Assembly: GCF_046313975.1 (NCBI RefSeq)
Contig: NZ_JBKBXB010000003.1
Span: forward strand, 57,376-121,375
DNA from: Hyphomonas sp.
GTDB lineage: Bacteria; Pseudomonadota; Alphaproteobacteria; Caulobacterales; Hyphomonadaceae
Length of the DNA stretch: 64,000 nucleotides
Reading direction: 5' to 3'
Shown here: piece after piece, positions 38,150-47,077 of the stretch
Position numbering within the stretch: position 1 is the stretch's first letter
Layout of the letters: every line of letters starts with the position of its first letter
Notes under the pieces: generated by a model
What the model saw: the letters and a program-made list of their open reading frames with translations, nothing else
Told to the model about the DNA's origin: nothing
Database searches by the model: none
Made by a program: the position numbers and the translations under genes

Positions 38150-39490
38150 ATGTCGAAGACCAATGCCGCGCTGTCGATGACAGCGCTCGCGGCCGCTGTG
38201 GCCGCGAACCCTGGCCTGTATGGCGAAAAGAAGGAAGGCGAGAGCGGGGCGAACGAAAACGCCGAGCTCGTCAAATCGATCAGCGACCTCGCCAAGGACT
38301 ACAAGAAGAACCACGGCGAAATGACCGAGCAGCTCAGCAAGCTGACTTCCGGCCTCTCGGATACCGAGAAGGGCCAGAAGAAGCTGAAGGAGGATGTCGA
38401 TGCGGCCCTCCTGAAGAACAGCGAGACGCTGACCACGCTCGAAGCGAAGCTGGCCGACCTCGCCCAGAAGGCCGGGCGGGCCGGCGGCGGCAATGATCCG
38501 TCCCCGGTCAAATCGATCGGCCAGCAGGTGGTCGAGAGCGAGGCCTTCAAGGGCTTCGAGGGCAAAAAAGGCCAGTCGGCCCGGATCAAGATCGAGGGCT
38601 CGATTGGCCTTAAGGCGATCACCTCCGTGCCGGAATCCGCAGGCCCGATGATCGCCAAGGACCGGCTTGATGGTGTCGTGCCGCTGGCCCGCCGCCGGAT
38701 GACGGTGCGCGGCCTGCTCGCCCAGGGCCGCACCACGTCCAATGCCGTCGAGTTCGTGCGCGAGCTCGTCGTCACCAACAACGCCGCCGTGCAGGCGACG
38801 GAAGGCACCTCCAAGGCGGAATCCGATATCACCTATGAGCTCCAGGACGCCAAGGTTGCGACCATCGCTCACTGGATCAAGGTCTCGAAGCAGGCAATGG
38901 ACGATGCGGCGGGGCTCGCCTCGCAGATCGATTCCCGCCTGCGCTATGGCCTTGCCTTCCGTGAAGAGCTGCAGCTGCTGCTGGGCTCCGGTAGCGGCGG
39001 CAACATCCGCGGGCTCGTCACCGCTGCGACGGCGTTCTCGACACCGATCGCGGCCGGCGGCGTGACCGCTCCGAACGCGATGGACGTGCTGCGCGTCGCC
39101 GCCCTGCAAGCCTCGGTCGCCGAATATGTGGCCTCCGGCTTTGTGCTCAACCCGATCGACTGGACGAAGATCGAGCTGACCAAGGACGGCCAGAACCGCT
39201 ATATCATCGGCTACCCGGCCGGTGAGCTCGGCCCGACGCTGTGGGGCCTTCCGGTCGTGGCGACCAATTCCATGACCGCCAACAGCTACCTCACCGGCGC
39301 GTTCGACCAGGCGGCCCAGATCTTCGACCGCGAAGATCCGGAAGTCCTGCTCTCGACCGAAGACGGCAGCAACTTCATCCAGAATATGGTGACGGTGCTG
39401 GCCGAGGAGCGCCTGGCGCTGGCGATCTATCGCGGCTCCGCGCTGATCACCGGCACCCTGTCGGGTGGCATCACCGCCCTGACGACGTAA
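38150..39490 (+). CDS. Major capsid protein, HK97 fold with delta domain
   Basis: N-terminal coiled coil; EGTSKAES, TIAHWIKVSKQ, LWGLPVV, NMVTVLAEERLA. Confidence 0.95.
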   Translation: MSKTNAALSMTALAAAVAANPGLYGEKKEGESGANENAELVKSISDLAKDYKKNHGEMTEQLSKLTSGLSDTEKGQKKLKEDVDAALLKNSETLTTLEAKLADLAQKAGRAGGGNDPSPVKSIGQQVVESEAFKGFEGKKGQSARIKIEGSIGLKAITSVPESAGPMIAKDRLDGVVPLARRRMTVRGLLAQGRTTSNAVEFVRELVVTNNAAVQATEGTSKAESDITYELQDAKVATIAHWIKVSKQAMDDAAGLASQIDSRLRYGLAFREELQLLLGSGSGGNIRGLVTAATAFSTPIAAGGVTAPNAMDVLRVAALQASVAEYVASGFVLNPIDWTKIELTKDGQNRYIIGYPAGELGPTLWGLPVVATNSMTANSYLTGAFDQAAQIFDREDPEVLLSTEDGSNFIQNMVTVLAEERLALAIYRGSALITGTLSGGITALTT

Positions 39491-39508
39491 ACGCGGCATG
39501 TCCGACTG

Positions 39509-39533
39509 CAGGGGGCGGCCCGGCCGCCCCCTG
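39509..39533 (+). terminator. 11-bp hairpin after the capsid gene
   Basis: cagggggcggc-ccg-gccgccccctg. Confidence 0.55.
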
Positions 39534-39566
39534 ACCTGCGATCCCAAAACGTGAAGGAATGGCCCA

Positions 39567-40010
39567 ATGAGCCAGAAAAAGCTGCCGGTGCTGGTTGCCA
39601 CGCGACCCGTCCTCTACCGCGAAACCGTGTTCACTGAGGGCGAGCCCTATGTCGCGCGGTCAGTCGAGGAAGCCGCCGAACTTGAAGGCGAGCCGAGCTG
39701 GCGCCGCGCCACGAAGAAAGACCTCGACGCCTGGTCGACCCGGCTGTCGCGCGATCCTGCGATTGCCTATCTGCGCGAGCGCCCGCCGGTCACCGAGACG
39801 GAATATGATCAGCACCCGGAAGAGGCTGCCCGCGCCGCCGAAGAGGCGAAGGCGAAGGCTGAGCGCGAGGCTGAGGCGAAGGCCCAGGCCGAAGCAACAC
39901 AAAAGGCCGCCGACGAGGCCCGCGCTGCGGCGGCTGCCAAGGGCAAGGCCGAGCCGGGCAGCCAGCCTGGCCCCAGCGGCGGCGCACCCGGGCCCGGCGG
40001 TATCGGCTGA
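39567..40010 (+). CDS. Hypothetical head-associated protein
   Basis: GAAGGA RBS; Ala/Glu/Lys-rich tail. Confidence 0.6.
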   Translation: MSQKKLPVLVATRPVLYRETVFTEGEPYVARSVEEAAELEGEPSWRRATKKDLDAWSTRLSRDPAIAYLRERPPVTETEYDQHPEEAARAAEEAKAKAEREAEAKAQAEATQKAADEARAAAAAKGKAEPGSQPGPSGGAPGPGGIG

Positions 40011-40015
40011 GGCCC

Positions 40016-40696
40016 ATGACCGCGCTGCAATCGCTCCGGCTGACCCGGCCGACCGAAGCGCTCGTCCCGCTTGCCAGCCTCAAGTCGCATCTTGTGGTCG
40101 AGCATGACGAGGACGATGCGCTGATCACCGCGCTGGGTGAGGCGGCCTATGAGCACCTGACCGGCCTCGACACGCCCTGGCAGCGTGTCTGGCTGCAGGA
40201 GCGCTGGCGCGATTACTGGCCAGACTTCTCCCGCCGGCCGCTCCTGCGGATGGCGCCCGTCATCGGCCTTCACCGCGTGACCTATATCAATACGGCGGGC
40301 ATCGAAATGCTGATCAAGCCGGCGGCCTGCCGGATCCAGCGCGAGGCGGGCGGGGGGGTGCGCGTCGTGTTCGCCGAGGGCTATGAGCTGCCTTCGGATG
40401 TGGCCCCGCGGGAGGATGCGGTGCGCATCGACTATGAGGCGGGGTATGGCCCCGAGCCGGGCGACGTGCCCGCGCCTGTGGCGCATGCCGTCCGCCTGCT
40501 GGTGGGCCACTGGTACCGCAACCGCGAGGAAGTCGTGGTCAGCCAGGCAAGCCCGAAGGAATTGCCGATGGGCGTGAAGGCGCTGATGGCGCCGTTCCGG
40601 CGCATCGGAGTGGAGGCCTGGGACAATCCGCCGGCGGCGCAGGCCTCCGGCAGCGGCGAAACCGCCGTCGCGGGCGAAGCCCAGACGCCGGACTGA
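40016..40696 (+). CDS. Head-tail connector (gp6-like)
   Basis: LKSHLVVEHDEDDALI...AVRLLVGHWYRNRE. Confidence 0.9.
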   Translation: MTALQSLRLTRPTEALVPLASLKSHLVVEHDEDDALITALGEAAYEHLTGLDTPWQRVWLQERWRDYWPDFSRRPLLRMAPVIGLHRVTYINTAGIEMLIKPAACRIQREAGGGVRVVFAEGYELPSDVAPREDAVRIDYEAGYGPEPGDVPAPVAHAVRLLVGHWYRNREEVVVSQASPKELPMGVKALMAPFRRIGVEAWDNPPAAQASGSGETAVAGEAQTPD

Positions 40697-40704
40697 GAGG
40701 CAGC

Positions 40705-40881
40705 ATGCAGGCGCGCATCATCCGGGCCCGGATCATCCGGGCGGCGACCTATCGCGCGCCGGAGGGCACCTGGCACCGCGACTATCCGGCGGGCTGGGAA
40801 GGGCCGATGAAGCGCGAACAGTTCGAGCAGCTGGCCGCGAAAGGTGCGGCCGTGGCGCTGCCGGAAGAGACAGACACATGA
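40705..40881 (+). CDS. Small virion-module protein (58 aa; not in ORF track)
   Basis: GAGG RBS, ATGA overlap with the next gene. Confidence 0.55.
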   Translation: MQARIIRARIIRAATYRAPEGTWHRDYPAGWEGPMKREQFEQLAAKGAAVALPEETDT

Positions 40882-41231
40882 GCTGGGCGGGCAGGCTGCG
40901 CCACCGGGTGCAGGTGCTGAAGCGGGCCGCGCCGGTGGGGCGTGGGCGCGGCGCCTGGACGGCGGGCGCTTCGCGGCGCTGCGAGATCCGCTACCTGCGC
41001 GGCGAGGAAGCCGTGCGCGAGCGCGCCGAGGGCCGCGCCGTGGCGACGATCACCGTGCGGGCTGATGCCGAAACGCGCAGCTGGGGCAGTGATGCGCGGC
41101 TGCGCCAGCTGAGCCTGACCGCGCCCGCCTGGGCGGAATTCGATATCACCGGGGAGCCGGTGCCCGACGAGCTCGGCCAGTGGCTGACCTTCACCGTGAT
41201 GCAGGGGGCCACGCGTGCTGAAGATGAGTAA
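40878..41231 (+). CDS. Head-closure/head-tail adaptor
   Basis: AGRLRHRVQV...GEEAVR...ITVR; position. Confidence 0.8.
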   Translation: MSWAGRLRHRVQVLKRAAPVGRGRGAWTAGASRRCEIRYLRGEEAVRERAEGRAVATITVRADAETRSWGSDARLRQLSLTAPAWAEFDITGEPVPDELGQWLTFTVMQGATRAEDE

Positions 41232-41658
41232 CAAGGACCTTGCCCGCCATGCGCGCAAGATGCGGCGGATGCCACAGCTGCTGAAGGATGAGGTGGCCAA
41301 GGCCGCGCGCCGCAATTCGGAACATTTCGCCGAGCAGCTGCGCAAGAACTATGCCGATGATCCGAACCTGCTGGCGACCGTCGATGCCTACGAAGTCAAG
41401 GGCACGTTCGGCATCGTCTGGGGTGTCAGCGTCGGCGATGACAAGGTGTTCTATGTGCGCTGGCGCGAGTTCGGCACAGCGGCGGGCGAGCGGGTCTATG
41501 GCCGCCGGACGCGGACTCCGGGCAAGGTCATGAACCATCCCGGCGCCGATGCGCGCCCAACCTTCTTCCCGACCTACCGGCTCAACCGCAAGACCTACCG
41601 CTCGCGGCTGCGGTCGGCCTCGACGCGCGCCGCGAAGAGACTGGCGGCGACGAAATGA
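41215..41658 (+). CDS. HK97 gp10-like tail component
   Basis: EFGT...HPG..ARPTFFP. Confidence 0.8.
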   Translation: MLKMSNKDLARHARKMRRMPQLLKDEVAKAARRNSEHFAEQLRKNYADDPNLLATVDAYEVKGTFGIVWGVSVGDDKVFYVRWREFGTAAGERVYGRRTRTPGKVMNHPGADARPTFFPTYRLNRKTYRSRLRSASTRAAKRLAATK

Positions 41659-42083
41659 CCAATACCGATGCGGTGATCGGCGCCATCGTCGCGGCCCTGC
41701 TGGCAGATGCCGCCGTGACGGCTGCCTTCGCCGGCCGGCCGGTGCAGATCCTCGATGCACCGCCCTCGCGCTCGGCGGCGGGCCGTTCGGTCAAGGGCTA
41801 TCCGGCTGTGATCGTCGCGGGCCTCGAGACAGAATTCGGCGAGGATTGCTCGCCTGACCGCCTCCGGGTGGAGATCGACGTGTGGGACCAGGGCGAAAGC
41901 GCCGGGCGGTGCCGCAACATCGCGCGGGCGGTGTTTGCAGCGCTGAACGGCGGGCTCAGCCTCGACGGCCATACGGTGAACTTCATCCGTCCCCAGCGCC
42001 TGCGCTCGATCGGTGACCCGGATCCGGGGATCGACCGCATCCGCATCGACGTGCTGCTGCACGTCACCGCCCACGCCCCGTAA
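41655..42083 (+). CDS. Tail terminator (DUF3168-like)
   Basis: L.AD..V...ILD.PP...YPAVIV...IDVW; position. Confidence 0.78.
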   Translation: MTNTDAVIGAIVAALLADAAVTAAFAGRPVQILDAPPSRSAAGRSVKGYPAVIVAGLETEFGEDCSPDRLRVEIDVWDQGESAGRCRNIARAVFAALNGGLSLDGHTVNFIRPQRLRSIGDPDPGIDRIRIDVLLHVTAHAP

Positions 42084-42107
42084 CCTGAACCTCGAAAGGA
42101 AACTCGG

Positions 42108-42596
42108 ATGCCCGAGAGCGCCTATACCCACGCCAACACGGAGCGTGGCCGCCACTTCGTGCTGTATTTCGGAGAAGTCTCCGGCGAAACCACGACCTGG
42201 ACGAAAACCTGCATCATCTCCGAGAGCAAGCAGCTCTCCTTCACCAAGAACATCAACACGACCACGATCTCGCGCGGCTGTGACACGCCGGGCGCCACGC
42301 CGGTCGAGATCAAGGATGTCACCTCGACGGGCATGAGCCTGTCGGGCTCCGGCTTCTATCGCGGCTGGGCGGCGTATGAAGAGATGCGCGCGATGCACGA
42401 ATCCGTCGATCCGGTGCTGGTGAAGCTCGAGCATTATGACGCCATCAATGGCGGCGCCACCGGCGACCTGATCGGTGAGGAGACGGGCTCGGCCCATTTC
42501 ATCCTGAACTCGATCGACATGCCGACCGATGGCCCGGCGGCCGTGCAGATCACGCTCGAGTTCGTCGGCATGACGGTGCTGGCTGACGCCGCCTGA
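42108..42596 (+). CDS. Major tail tube protein
   Basis: GAAAGGA RBS; CIISESKQLSF...MSLSGSG...VQITLE. Confidence 0.8.
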   Translation: MPESAYTHANTERGRHFVLYFGEVSGETTTWTKTCIISESKQLSFTKNINTTTISRGCDTPGATPVEIKDVTSTGMSLSGSGFYRGWAAYEEMRAMHESVDPVLVKLEHYDAINGGATGDLIGEETGSAHFILNSIDMPTDGPAAVQITLEFVGMTVLADAA

Positions 42597-43087
42597 TGAC
42601 GCCGCATAACCCGGTGCTGCCCGCCCTTGTCGGCGGGCAGCGCTTCGCCCTGGCGCTCCGCTTTGGCGAGTTGCAGCGGCTGGAAGCCGAAACCAGCACC
42701 GCCCTGGAAAAGCTCTTCTGGGCGATCAGCGGCGGTGAGGGAAAGCTTGCCGAGCTGAAAGCCGTGCTGCGTCTCGGCCTGACCGGCGGCGGGCTCACGG
42801 AAGCGGAAAGCGAAGTGACGGCGCAGCTGTGGATGGAGCAGCAGAGCCTGGTCGAGATGCGGGTGCTGGCGGCCGGCCTGCTGATGCACGCGCTGCGGCG
42901 GGCGAGCCCCGATGAAGTGGACTTCGAAGCCCTGGGAAAGGCTCTGGGGGAGGACGCCCTGTCTGGCGCACGCTCCCCGGAGGCTTCCTCAACTGGGCCG
43001 AATATTACGGCAACGCCGCCGCCGCCTTCGGGTGGACGCCGCAAACGGTCCGGGCGCTCACCTTCTGGGAATACGACTGCGCCCTGA
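42596..43087 (+). CDS. Tail assembly chaperone (gpG-like)
   Basis: LRFGELQRLE...VLRLGLTGGG; between tube and tape measure. Confidence 0.82.
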   Translation: MTPHNPVLPALVGGQRFALALRFGELQRLEAETSTALEKLFWAISGGEGKLAELKAVLRLGLTGGGLTEAESEVTAQLWMEQQSLVEMRVLAAGLLMHALRRASPDEVDFEALGKALGEDALSGARSPEASSTGPNITATPPPPSGGRRKRSGRSPSGNTTAP

Positions 43088-43197
43088 TCGGCCACGCTGC
43101 CGCAAACCGCCTGCCGGAAACCTCCGGCGGCGGATCCTCGCTCGGCGGCCTGTCGAAAGACGAGGCCGCTGCCCTTCTCGACAGCCACGGACTCTGA
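42934..43197 (+). other. -1 frameshift site G_GGA_AAG and gpT-like extension
   Basis: Heptamer at 42934-42940 in frame; -1 frame reads ...FGWTPQTVRALTFWEYDCALIGH... to TGA 43197. Confidence 0.85.
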
Positions 43198-43200
43198 CGC

Positions 43201-46197
43201 ATGGACCAGGACCTAGATCGCCTGCGCACGATCTTCGAGGCGGATATCTCCCGCTTCGAGCGGGCGATGAATACCTATGCCAACCGCACGGAGGCAGCGG
43301 CGCGCCGGGCCGAGAAGTCGTTCGGCGATGCGAACAAGCGCATCGCCCAGTCTACCGATGCGATGGCGCGCGATGTGCGCCGTGCGGTTGTGGGTCTGGC
43401 GCTGGCCATCGGCGGGCGGGAAGTCCTGCAGTATGAAGAGCAGTGGCGCAACACGATCAACACGCTCAATCAGTACAAGGATGTTCTTGGAGAGGCGACC
43501 GCGTCTGCCTCCGATCTCAACCAGATCGCCTATCAGGCGGCGGTTCCGCTGGCCTCGCTGGGCAACCTGACGGGCGCCGCGGCGCGCGCTGCGCGCGATC
43601 TCGGCATGAGCCGCAAGGATGTGCTCGACTTTGCCGACAGTGTGTCGAAGGGCGCGCAGATCGCGAACAACGGCGCCGCGGCGGTGCAGGGCGCCATCGT
43701 GCAGCTCAGCCAGGCGATTGCCTCGCCGCGGGTGCAGCTGGAAGAGTTCAACTCGATCGTGACCGGCACACCGCGCCTCGCCCAGGCGTTTGCGGACGGG
43801 GTGGCGGTGGCCGAGGGCTCTATCTTCAAGCTCAGGCAGGCGATTGCGGCTGGTGAGGTATCCGGCGGTGACCTGTTTGCCGGCCTGCTGTCGCAAGCGG
43901 ACAAGCTGCGCGGCGAATTCGACACGATGACCACGGGCGTCACCGAAGCGTTCATCCGTCTGCAGAACAAGCTTATCGAGTTTGTCGGCTCGAATGAAGG
44001 CGTGAAGGACAGTGTTCAGGCTGTCGCCGGGGCCATAGAATTCCTGGCCAATGACCTCGACGGGTTTGCAAATGCAGCCGTATTGGCGGCTGCGGTGCTG
44101 GGCGGTGTGTTTGCAGGCCAGGCGTTGATGGCTGTCATCACTGGATACGGGGAAGTCACGAAGGGCGCCAAAGGCGCAACGGCTGCAGTTCTCCTGTTCA
44201 ACAAGGCGGCTGCTGTGTTCGGGGGTCCAATCCCTCTCGTGATCGGCGCGATCGTTGGCGCTTTCGTGTTGCTGGCGCAAAACGGCACGCGGCTGACGCG
44301 AGCAATGGAGGATGTCGAGGCCGCCACTGCCGGGGCCAACAAGGCACTGGCAGCGACCGAGAAATATGTCGATGCCGATCTGCTCACACAGCTCGGCGAT
44401 TCCGCAGAAGGTGCGGCGCCGAAAGTGAGCCTTCTCGGCGGCAAGCTGCGCGAGGTTGCCGATGCGCTGCGCGATGCGACGATCCAGCAGTTCCTGCAGG
44501 AGCTGCTCGACCTGCAGACGCAGATCTCGAACGCCAATGAGGCCATCACCGAAGCGCAGGCGGCTCGCGAGAAAGAGCGACGCCGCTCCGTCTCGAATGC
44601 AGGTCTCGGCACACAGGTGCGAGCGGCGTCCGGCCAGGACGTGGGCGATATCGACGCGCCCGACTTTGACCAGGCGGTTTCGGATGCGAAGGCGGCCCTG
44701 TTCAACCTGCAGAAGCGCCAGAACCAGATCGGTATTTCGGTGTTCGGCGAAGGGCGCGGAAAGGAATTCACCGACGCTCTGCTGTCGGGCGATATCGGCG
44801 CAGCCTCGGAGCTGCTGCGCAAGCGGCTCGACCAGCTGACGGGCGCGGCCAGCGAAGGCGGCGGCGCGCCCGTCACGGCCGACGACAGCGCCATCAAGGC
44901 GGCGCAGCAGGTGCTCGACCAGCTCGCCAAGGCCTACCGCGACACGTTCGAGACGGAGCGCGAGGCGCTGGCCCGCATCCGCGATGAACGCCTGGCGGCC
45001 ATCGATCTCGTCGCCAAGTCTGAGGCCGACCGGGAGGCGCGCCGCAAGGAGGCGCTCGACCTCTACGCCCTCGCGCTCGAAGAGCTCGACATCCAGGAGA
45101 TCAAGGCCGACCAGGAAGAGTTCGACCGGGAGAAGGAGCGCGAGCGCCTGCGCGCCGAGCGCCTTGCCGGGGAGAAGGCCTATCTGGCCGAAGTCATCGA
45201 TTCCCGCGACCGCATGTTCGGCCGGGTGCAGCAGATCGCGGCGCGCGAGTATGAGCTGCGCAAGGCGGAGATCCAGCGCGAGATCACCGACAAGGCGTTG
45301 CAGCAGGAAGCCCTGCTGGCGCTGGAAGAGGAATATGGCGAGCAGCGCCGGCAGGTGCGCGCGGAGCTCCTGACGCTCGGCGATCCGGAGAACGCGCTCG
45401 AAACCGAGATCAGCCGCATCCGGCGGGCTGAGGAGGCGAAGCTCGCGGCGCTGAAAGACGGGCTGGCGGCAAAGATCATTGCCGAGGAAGAGTACGAGGC
45501 CCAGCGCCAGCGCCTGTCGGATGAAACCGACCGGCAGATCCTCGAGGCGCGCCGCGCGACGGCCAGCGCCCAGCTCTCGGCCTATGAGGGCCTGTTCGCG
45601 AATGTCGGCGAGCTGTTCAAGCAGCTCGGCGGCGAGCAGTCGAAAGCCGCCCGCGTGGCGCTCGCCATCAGCCGGGCCTTCGCGATTGCCGATTCGACGA
45701 TCAAGATCGCGCAGGCAACCTCGCAGGTGCTGGCCGATCCGACGCAGGTGACCCTGCCGCAGAAGATCGCGGCGGCGGCCGTCATCGCGGCGCAGGGCGC
45801 TTCGATCATCGCGGCGATCGCCGGCGGCGGCAAGGGCTTCGCCCAGGGCGGCTATGTGACCGGCCCGGGAGGGCCGCGCACCGACAGTATCCCGGCGCGC
45901 CTGTCGAATGGCGAGTTCGTCGTCAATGCCGAGGCGACCCGCGCCAACCGGCAGCTGCTGGAAGCGATCAATGCCGGCCGGTCGATCCCGATGGCGATGG
46001 CGGCGCCGGTGCTGCGTGCGCCGGACATTAGGGTCATCAACAATGCGCCGGGTGTCATTCCGCGTGCCCAGCGCTCGGCGAGCGGCGAGATCGAGGTGAT
46101 CATCGATGCCGTCGCCCAGGATATCGCGCGCGGCGGCGGGCGTGTCGGCATGGCGCTTGAGGGCCGGTATGGTGTCAATCCGGCCTGGGGGTCCTGA
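43201..46197 (+). CDS. Tape measure protein
   Basis: 998 aa, Ala-rich helical; QLSQAIAS...EEFNSI; C-terminal GFAQGGYVTGPGGPRTDSIPARLSNGEFV. Confidence 0.93.
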   Translation: MDQDLDRLRTIFEADISRFERAMNTYANRTEAAARRAEKSFGDANKRIAQSTDAMARDVRRAVVGLALAIGGREVLQYEEQWRNTINTLNQYKDVLGEATASASDLNQIAYQAAVPLASLGNLTGAAARAARDLGMSRKDVLDFADSVSKGAQIANNGAAAVQGAIVQLSQAIASPRVQLEEFNSIVTGTPRLAQAFADGVAVAEGSIFKLRQAIAAGEVSGGDLFAGLLSQADKLRGEFDTMTTGVTEAFIRLQNKLIEFVGSNEGVKDSVQAVAGAIEFLANDLDGFANAAVLAAAVLGGVFAGQALMAVITGYGEVTKGAKGATAAVLLFNKAAAVFGGPIPLVIGAIVGAFVLLAQNGTRLTRAMEDVEAATAGANKALAATEKYVDADLLTQLGDSAEGAAPKVSLLGGKLREVADALRDATIQQFLQELLDLQTQISNANEAITEAQAAREKERRRSVSNAGLGTQVRAASGQDVGDIDAPDFDQAVSDAKAALFNLQKRQNQIGISVFGEGRGKEFTDALLSGDIGAASELLRKRLDQLTGAASEGGGAPVTADDSAIKAAQQVLDQLAKAYRDTFETEREALARIRDERLAAIDLVAKSEADREARRKEALDLYALALEELDIQEIKADQEEFDREKERERLRAERLAGEKAYLAEVIDSRDRMFGRVQQIAAREYELRKAEIQREITDKALQQEALLALEEEYGEQRRQVRAELLTLGDPENALETEISRIRRAEEAKLAALKDGLAAKIIAEEEYEAQRQRLSDETDRQILEARRATASAQLSAYEGLFANVGELFKQLGGEQSKAARVALAISRAFAIADSTIKIAQATSQVLADPTQVTLPQKIAAAAVIAAQGASIIAAIAGGGKGFAQGGYVTGPGGPRTDSIPARLSNGEFVVNAEATRANRQLLEAINAGRSIPMAMAAPVLRAPDIRVINNAPGVIPRAQRSASGEIEVIIDAVAQDIARGGGRVGMALEGRYGVNPAWGS

Positions 46198-46691
46198 TGA
46201 GTGAACCCAGCGCCCGGCAGAAACGCATCTGGACAACCGCGCCGGTAGACGACATCCCGCGCGAAGTGCTGAGCCTGGTGCATCCTCACTTCCAGCGGAC
46301 GCATCACCTGACGACGCACCGGGAGGCCTTCTGGTGCGAAGTGCGCGGCGAGCGGGTTCAGGCGGTGCCGCATGGTTTCGAGGTGAAACTGCCAGCGCTG
46401 GATGATTCCGGGCGGTATGAGCTGCAGATCGCCCTGTTCAATTCCGGGCCGGGTTTCGCCCGCGAGCTTGCCGCGGCAGGCGCCAGCGCTCAGCCGGTGT
46501 TCGCCGATTACAACGTCTACGGATCAACCGGCGAGGCGCCGATCCGCCCCGCGCTGCGTTTCGAGCTGACCGCCATCGGCGCGCAGGGCCTGTCGGTGAC
46601 GGCATCGGCAACGCTTGGCGATCTCGTCAACGTGCCGTTCCCGGTCGACTATTACCGGCGCGGCCTCTTTCCGGGTCTCGACCGGATATGA
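46197..46691 (+). CDS. Minor tail protein (DUF1833/gpL-like)
   Basis: EVLSLVHP...FEVKLP...PFP..YY...FPGL. Confidence 0.75.
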   Translation: MSEPSARQKRIWTTAPVDDIPREVLSLVHPHFQRTHHLTTHREAFWCEVRGERVQAVPHGFEVKLPALDDSGRYELQIALFNSGPGFARELAAAGASAQPVFADYNVYGSTGEAPIRPALRFELTAIGAQGLSVTASATLGDLVNVPFPVDYYRRGLFPGLDRI

Positions 46692-47077
46692 CGCCGCCGG
46701 ATGTGATTCACGCGCTGCAGGGCGTGCGCTATGTGCCGGCCGGGCGCAGCGCCGAGGGGCTCGATTGCTGGGGTCTGGTGCTCGATGTCTGCCAGCGGCT
46801 CGGCTGGCCGTTGCCGCCAGATCCGCTCGAGGCGGCGGCGAGCCCCAGCGCCCGTGCGGCGATCTTCGCGCGGCACATGGTGCCGGATGACTGGAAACGA
46901 ACAAAGCCGCGCGACGGGGCCATAGGCTTCTCGCCCTCAATGGACCGAGCCCTGCATGCCGGCATCATCGTGGCGGGCGGGCTGCTCGACACGGCCGAAG
47001 GCCGGGGTGTGCGCTGGACGCCGATCGCTGAACTCAACCTTGCGGACTGGGAGTTTGCCTGTTGGGCCGGATCCTGA
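46688..47077 (+). CDS. NlpC/P60-like tail assembly protein (gpK-like)
   Basis: GRSAEGLDCWGLV...HAGI. Confidence 0.82.
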   Translation: MTPPDVIHALQGVRYVPAGRSAEGLDCWGLVLDVCQRLGWPLPPDPLEAAASPSARAAIFARHMVPDDWKRTKPRDGAIGFSPSMDRALHAGIIVAGGLLDTAEGRGVRWTPIAELNLADWEFACWAGS

